A DNA stretch of 63,603 nucleotides, the filler included, from Choristocarpus tenellus KU-1152 (taxonomy: Eukaryota; Protista; Phaeophyceae), in NCBI GenBank assembly GCA_964200185.2. It is 11 parts of 11 records of this genome, joined end to end, with 100 filler letters (N's around TTAATTAATTAA, not from the genome) between each part and the next. Parts side by side here need not be neighbours in the genome. Positions count along the whole stretch, not along the records: positions 50,251 to 60,997 come from CAXNAD020002739.1; positions 61,098 to 63,603 come from CAXNAD020027240.1; 9 more parts are not named here. One strand, given 5' to 3'. Below, one piece after another: positions 50,842 to 61,166 of this stretch. The number at the start of each line of letters is the position of its first letter. Position 1 is the stretch's first letter. Made by a program: the position numbers and the translations under genes. The notes beneath the pieces were generated by a model. It did no database searches, had not been told where the DNA came from, and saw only the letters and a list, made by a program, of their open reading frames with translations.

Positions 50842-52052
50842 ACGGGATGTATTTTACTTCAATCTCAAGGGCACCACGCCAAAGTCATCCTATGACTGCA
50901 CCTCATCATGAAATCACTCTCCTCTGATGTGCTGCATCAGTTAAGTTAGGGACAGAAAGGAAATTTCACAGGAAGGGAATAAATATAGCATAGTCTACGT
51001 AATAAGCGTAGGGTGCCGATCTTAGCAACATATCAAAAATTGCAACAGACTCAACGTTGGAGCCTCATCAGGCAAAATAATGGATTCATGCCTACCGCTG
51101 ATGTGTAGATGTATATTATACTCTTGAAAAAAGAAAGCTGTTACCTTCACAGTACCATCAACTCCATTTTTAAATTTACTTCCTACTCCAAGGCCAAGTC
51201 TCATTTAAAAAGAGCCATTAAGTCTCAGTTCATTATTTTCACAGGATGAATTTCAAAGCACTTAGGCATGGACGGCGTGCCTAACATCATCGCTTTCCCA
51301 AGTCAACACCCAGTACGTCTCAGCAACTCATCCGTTCAGGACCTTGCAGTGGAGGTGGGGGGGTATACAGGAATGGTTCAGATCCTTTCCTGTTCTAATT
51401 GGACCGTTATGTGCCACGCAAATCTAGTCTGCATGTCCTGTAGGACTGAGGGAAAATGTTATAATTGTGAACAGCAATCAAACCTACCTGCCTGCTTATT
51501 CAATCCCATCAGAATATGACATAGAATGCTGCTGGCAATACTGGCCCAATAGCAAAAACGATTAGAACCCCTACAGCTTGGTAGGTAAACCAGTTTGAGC
51601 TTTAGCGTAACATAACCCTGCTCTATCTTTGGGGTGCCTTTTCACTAATACTGTAAGCGCTGCCCAACACCAAATGTATGTTATTACCGAAAAGACTACT
51701 TTTAAAAGCTTCAGCTGTGGATACGCATTCAGGAAAGAGCTCTACCTAATCTGACAAGAAACTCCAATACGGTCAATAAGCGGAAACATAGTGCTACCAT
51801 TTTCAGCATCATTGGTTCACTTTTTCGCCACCAGTGCCCCAAAAATAAAACATGTCATAAAACATCACGATATGAGCTCAATCTGACTACTGCCAATCAT
51901 CCACCCATTTCTCGCAGTGCATTACAACTATACATCCACTGCATCACACAAGCCTACAGCGGCACAGAGAGTCGAAATGATCGACCCCAGCCGTCTCCCA
52001 ACCCCCTATGCTGCTCCAATATAGGTACCCCTTCCCTCTGGAGATGCCAACT

Positions 52053-55000
52053 TCATGTGCTTCCTTTCTTACTCTTGCGGTTCTTCTTACTACTCTTAAA
52101 TCCAGAGGAGCGGGGCTCCAACTGGTTGTCTTTGTTCTCCCCTTCCCCTTCCCCATCTTCTGCCTGAGGTTCAGGAAAAGAGTGTTGAGAAGGACAATAT
52201 AAGGTGGTAGACAAACATACTGAATTGGTGCTGTGCTAAGTACATAATACAAACAGTGCACATCATGCATGTACTCGCAAATATCAAATGGAGTACTCAT
52301 ACAATCATTCATAAATAAGCGTAACTGTTGGACCAAGTATAAAACACAAGGGGGACAAGATGTTCAGTGCTTGGAATACCACACCTGTGATGTACCTCAT
52401 GACCATGATTATTCAACATCATGGGCTGAGCACTTATTTCTTGTAAACTTTTGTGACCACACATGTCACTTGTGCTGTGCATCTATACAAAAAGTGAGGC
52501 ACACGCATATACATATACAGCCTTCCACATACCTGTTTTGTCTTGACACCTAGAGCGACACAGTAAGGCTCAACAAGGTTCTTGACCACATTAATATCCA
52601 CCTTTCCAAGTGCATCACGAACATCATCCACCTTCAAGGAGACAGCAACAGGGTGGCACAATGGTGGGGTAGAGTCGTGAGGGCTGGATAGCGTGGGAGA
52701 ATGGGGAGGTGTGTGTTTGGGGGGAGGAGTGGAGGGGGGAAGCTCTTGTCTTTGCTCACATATACACATGTACAAATCTTGGATTGTGGATACATTGATT
52801 GTATAAAAAATCAAGACAGAAAGCTTTTTTTTCCCATTTTGTATTTGGAAGTGCGGTTACGCAATAATTTGTCTTTTTCCCTCAAGTCTGATTCTTTGTA
52901 ATTGTAGAGATGTTCTATTAATACACATGGACAGCACCATAAAACAGGCAGTCCCACAGTTAAACCCCACACCTGTACTTCGTGGTATTAGCACATTCAG
53001 AATGGAAAACCCCCCCAACATAAGTCATGCCAATTCAATTCAACAAAAGAGTCAAAAGTATCTTAGAGGGTAGAGCCACGTCCATTTGGGGACCAAATTC
53101 CAATATTGCAATTTTGACATAATTTTGACTATCGTGTTTGTTAGGAGATATCAATATCCTTGTTCTGGATGCACCTTTTCATAACGTATACATTTTACGT
53201 ACTCCGAAATGATTTCGGGGTAGGTAAAATGTCATTAAAACCTGTGGGAAGCCAAGCCCCAAATGGACAAACAGGGAAAAACTCGTACCCTCTAAGATAA
53301 TTTCACTCAAAAGGCCTAAACTCTTCTACTGTTTCCATAAAACAGTGCAGTACTGCAGCACAGGGAACATTCAACGCAACAATTGCTTCAAGTATCATTT
53401 TGGGGCATGTTTAACCAGAAACTGTCACACCATCTGTCTTCCCACATAAGTAGGACATGTGTCACTCTGAGGGGAGGTGGGGGGGCAAAATCAGAGGATA
53501 CAATTTTGTAGCCCAAAATTGAACAGGCCCCCAATTTTGAAAGAGAAGTCAAGGATTCTACTGAACTCAATATTGGGGAGTTGACAGGTTGGTATAGCGG
53601 CACAAGGTAAATCAACAACAGTATGAGCAGAATCCATCATACTGTCGCTGTTTTCTTTCACATGCATACTGTACTGCTGACTAAAAACTGACCCCCTTTA
53701 CGTCCCTCAAACAAAATCTACAAAAAAAAGAAAAAAGCTTAAAGATTCTTGTCTTCGGATAGAACATACCCAGCTTCTGCATGGCAAAAATGAAACTACA
53801 ATAAAATTTCCAACCCATTATATGCTGGGTGTACTTTTCAACCAGCTGCACTCTTATTAAAATAAAATATCATTTCAAAGTAGTACTAGTACATGCAATG
53901 AAAAGACATTCTAATGGTACAAAGGGTGAGTGGGGTGGAGGGGTATGAGAAATGGGACCTGTGAAGCATTTCCTGTGGCAAGGTTTTTCTGTTAAATGCA
54001 CACCTTCAACATGTTCGGACTGTTAAGTTTGGGTGATGTTTAGCACCAACACCATGCCTAACAACAACAAGAGGACCAAAGTCATACATAACACCATTAA
54101 TGCAGCAGTGGAGAGTTTAAGTGGTAGGGTAATTGCATCTTGTCTCCTCAAAATGTGAAGTATACCAATTCTGCCCTTAAATTGGTGCAAATGCCATTCT
54201 AGGACCATGCACCCCATTTCTCAACTATTACAGCGTATCACCTCACTCAAATACTGGGATGGGTGGGTAAACACCTTTGTGCACCACACATTCTGGCAGT
54301 TGTTCAGTCAGAGTACACCTCACCTACCTCACCACCAACAATGATTGGCAACATTGCAAGACCCTAATCCAGTCACAATCATCCCCCCCCCAAAAAGGCC
54401 TAAGAAACGCCTCTTAAATTGATGCCAGACATCCAGAATGAACCACTCTTGGAACTACGTTGCTCCAAATGACCTTGTCCAGAGAGCAGTTTTGGGCTAG
54501 GTAGATATCTTAAGGCACTCAGGTCATCATATTCCAAAAACATGCCACATACTTGAAGCACTCCTGTCCTGATCCCCCTTCCCACCCAGCCAGAGTTTTC
54601 CTCACCAGTTTCCCAGGTTCTCCTTTCTCCACAAACAACAGTGTTCCTCCAGGCTTGAGCACCCTAGCCACCTCTTGAATCAGCTTCTTGGTTTCCCCCC
54701 CGGTCCCACCCTCTGAAAAGCCATAGACTGACACAACAGTGTCCATGGTACCTGTAGGGCAACCCAAAGTACCATCCACCTGTTTCCGTATCAAGGCCAA
54801 TGGTACACCTGCCTGCACTGCAGCTGTATTGACTAGTTTCTTTTTTTTTAACAATGTGAGAAGGAAAAGAAATTACAAGGGTGGGCAATGAAACAGCAAC
54901 AAAAGAGCGGTGGTTGTGAGGGGTTTGGCACATCATCATATCAGTGTTCAGAATAGAGGATGTTCAGTTGGCAGGCCACTGGATAATCCATAATATTACA

Positions 55001-56505
55001 CCATTTCTGCTGACTTCAACGGATAGGCAGCAGAGCATCATGAAGTTTTGACATCTACCACTCACAGTGTCAGCAACGGTTTCATAGGTCGTCATACTGT
55101 ACTGATAACTAAAATACTGCATCATCCCATCGTTCACACCTGGCTAGGAACACCTCTCGAATCTCTCTATTTGCCAAGTTTTCGTTCATTCCATTACTAT
55201 TGATAAGTGCCTCAAATTAAACACTGTCATGTACACACTTGTTAAACACATGCTCATGGAATAATCAATCTCAATTGGGTATATATACCCTTCACTCTTT
55301 GGCGATTTGGGGCTAATACTTCTATCAAGACTTGCCTTCTGCACCAAGAACGGGCATGGAAAGGCAAGTAATGGGTGTTCTATTGACCACAGAGAGGTGT
55401 GAAATCTTTCCCCGCCATCATACCCAATTAATGGGAGCGTAATCATCGTGACACTACATCAATGCCGCAACACTTAGCTGCAAACGAGCCTTCCCTCTAA
55501 TATCAGCACAGCACAATCTTCCCCTTCAACAAAGGTGACATAGTGAATATATTGAACCTCCTGGCCCCGACAACACACATGTGCAATGGCGACTTTGCCT
55601 TTGCCTTGGAGTATGTGGAGGGGACGAGGTGTTATGAGAACGAGGAACGTAGGGGAAGAGAATGCAGAAATCATGGAAGGTAATAATGTACGTATTTATG
55701 GAGTCCAAATATTGATCCAGCACAGTATCAAGCTCCCATTCAATTTTTGGAAACCAATTCCCATCCCCCAAGAAGGGCTATACTCCCTTGGGGTGGGGTA
55801 GGTTGGGTAGTTCTCATTGACCGATGCTGACCTCGTCCAGGTCTTTCACAGCGGACAGGATGACCCTCTTGACACCACCGTTAGGCATGTAGTACAAGGT
55901 TTTAGAGTCCTTGCTACTCAATTCCAAGACTTCCGCACCTCCGGGCACTTTCGGGATGCGGTTGCTGAGAAGAGCTGCCACCTGTTCAGATTGGGTTGTT
56001 GATTGGGGCAAGGTGATTATTTGTAAAGCGAGACCTTTCTATGCGTACGGCGTAAAATCGAAGTTAACTTCTGACTAGATATCCTCGATAGATTGGTGAG
56101 GAGCACCGAGAGGTGAGGAAAAACAAAATATCCTAGTACCACAAATATGAAGCTGTACTAGATTGCGACCGTACCTTGTACGATACTCACAATATATTGC
56201 ATGCGCCAATAGACGCCAACCTTGAACAGGGCACCCGTGGCTACAGCCCCAGCTGCCCCGACCGCCAGTGCCGTGCCAATCGTCGCAGAATCGGGGCCGG
56301 CATCAGCAGATAGAAGCGTCCAGAAAGGCAGGGTTACGGATGGGACCAGGTCGATGGAGCTCAATTTCAGCTGCGCGGATCGTCTGCCACCCCATGAATA
56401 AGAGGGGATGCTCGAGGGCAAGAACGCTGTCGCAGGGCCAACGGAAAACAAGATGGTGCAGATGGCACCCAGGTTCCTAAAGGGAATGCCAGGAAACATG
56501 ATCAT
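52053..56505 (-). CDS. Plastid-targeted SAM-dependent methyltransferase-like protein (~302 aa)
   Basis: Phase-0 exons 56505-56191, 55981-55832, 54839-54606, 52631-52533, 52163-52053. Signal peptide with an ATA-FLP (ASAFAP-type) motif. Methyltransf_11-type EVARVLKPGGTLLFVE. Motif I (VLELSSKDS) is atypical. Confidence 0.8.
53049..53308 (-). mobile_element. Intronic MITE family A copy, 260 bp, TSD AAA
   Basis: GAGTCAAAAGTATCTTAGAGGGTA ... TACCCTCTAAGATAATTTCACTC. AAA on both sides. Confidence 0.88.
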
Positions 56506-56646
56506 GTCACGCAAATGTGTTCATGTGATGGAAATGAAGAAATGGAAAAAGCGAGAAACTGCCTCTATTTCTTGGAACTCAAACACATAGATTATCCTAT
56601 GTTCAACTTTCACTTCATCTTCACTCCAATCAAAACCAATTGACCA

Positions 56647-58893
56647 ATGTTCCAACGGTTAGCAAATACTCGTGGTAAAGGGGGAAATTCACCTCTCCTA
56701 CGTGGGTTGGGCACCCTCGTAAGGGTTGTAGAAAATGGGAGACTTAAAAGGTAAGGGATGCTAAGTACTGAGGATGCACAGTGATTATCAATAGTTTTGG
56801 TTTGGCGGGTGTTACCAGTCTTCTTTGCTGCTAATATTGCGGCATGCGTTCAGGACCCCCTAGGCTGGGGGATACATCACTGTTAATGCGCTCGTCTCGG
56901 ATCTTACAATCCTGTCGCACGCTGCGGCTGCTCCTAGATCTGTAACCAGGTGCATCACGGACGAGCCACCCCCCGCACCACAACATGTGCTCGTTAATAT
57001 GCATGCAGCAGCCTGCACTCCATCCGACCTCAATATCCTCTTTGGGAAATCGATACTCCATAACCCACCACCCTTTATCGGGGGTAGCGAGGGAGTTGGC
57101 AAGGTGGCGGCGGTGGGTAAGCGAGTCTCCTCCTTGAAAGTTGGCGACACTGTCGTCCCCATATGGTCAACGAGTTGGCAGGGGACTTGGAGATCAACCG
57201 CACGTCTGCTAGAGTCCGAACTTGTGCGAGTGCCAGAAAATATGCCTCAAGAAGTTGCGGCACATGCGTCCGTGAGCGTGGCAACGGCGCTCAGGATATT
57301 GACCGACTATGTTCCGCTTGTGAATAGCGACCATGTCGTCCTTACTGGGGCGTCATCCGCCGTGGAACAGGTGCTTGAGGATACAGATTTTTGCATGGAT
57401 TTTCTCAAGGCAGGAGTGCAGTCGTACCTAAACGGTGGGGGAGGAGTACTGAATTGCAAGTTGCACGACAGTGGGTGGTTGTGCCCTCTAGATTTCCACC
57501 AGTTCTAAGTTTGTGCCACCATCCGTTTGGTGTAGACTGAGCATGTGTAGGTAGCATAGGCAATTCCCCTTTCCCAATCATATGTTTAAATCCAGTCCTC
57601 TCCTTCCAAGACGATCTTTTGCATCCTCTTTTATTTGCAAAAGGCCCTACTGCAGCTGGCGTCACGAAGAGGTCTCAATATTGTGTGTGTTGTGAAAGAC
57701 GATGCCGAGAGGGGTTTTGCACAGGAACTGGGGGCGTGGAAAGCAGTCAACCTGCAGGAGGTGAGCCTTCACCCGTCCTTCTCTTCTTTCTACGCCTATG
57801 CTTTCCTCGCTTGTTACTGTTGACGATATGGAAGTGGGAATCAACCATCCTTTCCCCATTGTGATTGCACTGTAAGTGAGAAGCAGCATGAGGTTGTCTA
57901 CATGAACGAAATGTGAAGGAAGTAAACATAGCCCTGAAATCGTACCTTTGGCGTCGTTTTGCATTCTGGGAGTATTCGATAGGCATACATTATTGCCCTC
58001 TCTTCTCTCACCCCACCCCCGTAATCCCTGAAGTTCAAGGCTCTGAGGATGAACAACGCAGCACTTGTAGCAGATGGGACAGGGGGCAAGATGGGTGCCA
58101 CAGTGGCGCGGTCGCTGAAGCTAAGAGGTTGCTTCTTGTCATACGGGGACTCTTCTCAACAAGGAATCAGGTGCTACCATACACCCCATTCAGTCTCTCA
58201 TCATCAACTGTTGCCACACATACCCCAGCAGCCTATGAGAATCAATTGCTCCCCATCCTATCTCATTCTGCCACGGGAGGGATGATCCTTATGCCTGTTT
58301 ACCATTGCTGCCTTGCATGCATCTGGAGTCCCTCCGTGCTTTACCTTTTACCCTAATCTGTGTGTCTCTTGACACTTAGCTGAGGACCACTTTGAAAAAC
58401 ATTCAATTTGAACCTCACACAACTATCCCACCATAGGTTCTGTGATTTGAAGGGACTGCTTGACTCCTTGATGTAACCAAAAATCTGCTGAAGACAAAAC
58501 TATTGATGAAATCAGATTGAATTTCAGTATACATCATTTTTATTACAGGTGTTTGTCCAGCTAATGTAAGTGTCTTGCTTCATGACAGTCTCCCTCCTCT
58601 TAAAACCATTCTGTTTTCCCCTCCCCCCCCCCTACCCCCCACCCCCCACATCCAGCTTGCCAATTGGTGGTCTCATCTTCAATGACACATACTGCCGTGG
58701 CTTCTCTATGAACCGGTGGGTCCGTGAGCAGCCTGAAAACGAGGTTTGTACTATGGTGAAGGAAGCACTTTCTGAGGCCCAGGGACTGCGCCTGCTGGGA
58801 TCTCAACACTTCCCAGTGTCAGAAGTGGAGAGAGCGGTGAAGGCAGCTGGAGGGGAGTCAGTGGCTGGTGGGGTAGTGGTATTGGATTGCTGA
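56647..58893 (+). CDS. MECR: Mitochondrial trans-2-enoyl-ACP/CoA reductase (MECR/ETR1) homologue, MDR superfamily (~356 aa)
   Basis: Phase-consistent exons 56647-56718, 56864-57370, 57644-57760, 58034-58170, 58656-58893. Arg-rich presequence. Motifs PSDLN, GGSEGVG.V.AVG, GTWRS, SYG and LIFND..RGF. Confidence 0.85.
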
Positions 58894-60353
58894 TAGACTG
58901 TGCAGTGGAGAGTGAATACAGAGGTTGAGTATGAGGGATTGGGATTTTGTGGGCTGAGTTTGTACTTTTGGTGTGTGCTTTGTTGGATTTGCTGCACTAT
59001 TTGCTATTGTAAAGAGAATGGTGGAGGTCTAGTATGTGTCTTAAGATAGGGGAGGGGTTTGGCCTTACTGTGGCTTTAATAGGCTCACGAGAAGAGGAAA
59101 CATACTTCCAGATAGATGTTGAAATGAGGTATTTTCTGATTGACATTGCTAGCATGCCCCACCATTATTTTGCGTTTTGTTTCACTGCTGGTAGATATAT
59201 GGAGGATTACCTGCAACAAAGAAGATTTTTTTTTGCTTGCACAACTTGCCTGGCTTGATTCTTGCTAATGCTTATCTATGCAAAGTAGCACACGGGAGAA
59301 CTGGGTGAGGGTGAAGGATTTTCTCCACATGTCAGATTTGATTATCTCAATCTGACATCAGTACAACACTGCTTCAGGTGTGTTTTTGTCATTGATACGT
59401 TGAATGGGTATTCAAAACAATTGCCTCATTGTAGTTAAATCAACCCATAGTGAGTCGATCAACAGTTTCCCCTCAATTTCATAGAGGGAAGGAGTTGAAG
59501 CTCTTCCCAAAATCCCTTGCTACAATATTGCTGTATGGTGTATTTCCTTATCGCTCTCAAAACACACTTTGTTCCAGCCAGGGATATATGGCTTCACAGT
59601 TGCCACAGGTGTGCTGCCATCACCAACTACATCGTGGACCAGCATGCACAGAAACTGGTTCAAGTCCTTAGGATGCAAATCACATCATTCACATGTTGAT
59701 ATCTGTGCTGACCCTTGCCTTCTGTCTGCTACCATCTACAAATGCATTGGCCAGTTCTTAAGTTGTGTCAGCTCAATGTAAAAACAGAGCACCACCAAAT
59801 GCTGGATGTTAAAAGCAATAAAAGTACAAATCAAACACACATAGAGATTCAATCTCCAATGGCAAGTTTATGAAATGATATACTGTGTACTGTGCTGCAG
59901 TCAGTTCAAGATCAGTACAATATCAAAGAGGCAATCCAGAGTGCGTAGTATATGACAGAATGTACATGTACGAGCTGTCCATGCCATAGCCCCTCTGTGA
60001 ACAGGTAAGGGTTTACATTTTGAAGTTATAAAAGATACTGCAACAAAAATATAATTGATCTAGAAACCGAGATGCACATCTGTAAAATATTTCTATGTGC
60101 ATTTCAATGGAATATAGCCCTCTGTTAACTCACCAATGTGAAGCAAAGATCGCTCTGGAGATGTTAGAGAAGATCAACAAGGCATTTGTTTGGGATAGTT
60201 GGGACTTCAGGGTTCCATTGAATGAGTTGGATCGGTGACATGACTGTCCCTACAGGAAGAGAATAGAGATTGAAGTGGCCACTTGGAAGTATGGTGGAAC
60301 AAGTGGGCAACCACCCCCCCCTTCTCCTATCTCCTACGTTCAACAAAAACGCC

Positions 60354-60584
60354 CTATTTTTCCTCCTCCAATTGGAGATTGTCCATTGCTGAACGTGCTT
60401 CCTCTGACACCATATCTTCCTCCATTGTACTATGCTTGGTATCGGTTTGCACCATCCCACTATTGCAAGCTTCACGTCTCCTCTCAAGATCCCTTTCTTC
60501 CTTTTCCTGTCGCTGTTGAGCTGACATGGAGGACTTGAGGGCTTCCTCCGCGTTGCAAACAGTTTCAAGTAGGCTGCCAATCTC
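60354..60584 (-). CDS. Probable terminal exon of an uncharacterised E-rich/coiled-coil protein
   Basis: Acceptor TTGCAG followed by EIGSLLETV...QLEEEK*. The rest of the gene is presumably off the contig. Confidence 0.45.
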   Translation of the reverse strand, partial: EIGSLLETVCNAEEALKSSMSAQQRQEKEERDLERRREACNSGMVQTDTKHSTMEEDMVSEEARSAMDNLQLEEEK

Positions 60585-60928
60585 CTGCAACAAGGGTCGG
60601 GGGGCGATTGATGTGGAATTTTAGTACTGGGTAGGGTTGGGCATTAATTTGAATAAGGTTATGATATAAAACTTAAATGTGTTGAGTCTCAACGCTAATC
60701 GAAGTTAGGTACAACGGAGTTCGAGAAAACAGGTACTGAAAAGAAAAAAGGAGATCTACCTCAAAATCGAAACCCAGTATTTATCGAGAAGTTATTCTTG
60801 TTATCCTTAAACCCATACTTATCAACAAAGCTGTCACGATGTATAACATTAGTCATGCTCGTGAACAATCCTCACCTGTTACTTGAATGAGGTTATCATA
60901 CAAAACAAATACAAAATAGAGGACACTT

Positions 60929-60997
60929 GGCTCAAAGTATCTCGGGGGGGATGCCGGCTATCCATTTGGGGTCCATTTTTTCATGTCGTGATTTTTG
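60929..60997 (+). mobile_element. MITE family B left end at a contig break
   Basis: GGCTCAAAGTATCTCGGGGGGG..TCCATTTGGGGTCC. Confidence 0.75.
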
Positions 60998-61097
60998 NNN
61001 NNNNNNNNNNNNNNNNNNNNNNNNNNNNNNNNNNNNNNNNNTTAATTAATTAANNNNNNNNNNNNNNNNNNNNNNNNNNNNNNNNNNNNNNNNNNNN

Positions 61098-61166
61098 CAA
61101 AAAAGTGAAAATCGAAAAAAGGGTGAAAAACGGACGCCATCACCCCCCCCCCAGATACTTTGACCC
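61098..61166. mobile_element. TIR-element right end at a contig start
   Basis: GACGCCATCACCCCCCCCCCAGATACTTTGACCC, similar to 37279-37311. Confidence 0.72.

Noticed and set aside
50842-51520. Possible transposase relic next to the traG fragment
   Set aside because: Only a vague resemblance with multiple stops; no DDE motif could be read.
53770-53776. Possible 7-nt micro-exon (cag|AAGCTGG|gtatgt, minus strand) in the methyltransferase gene
   Set aside because: Not needed: the phase-0 GTGAGG donor after 54606 joins directly to 52631. RNA-seq would be required to support it.
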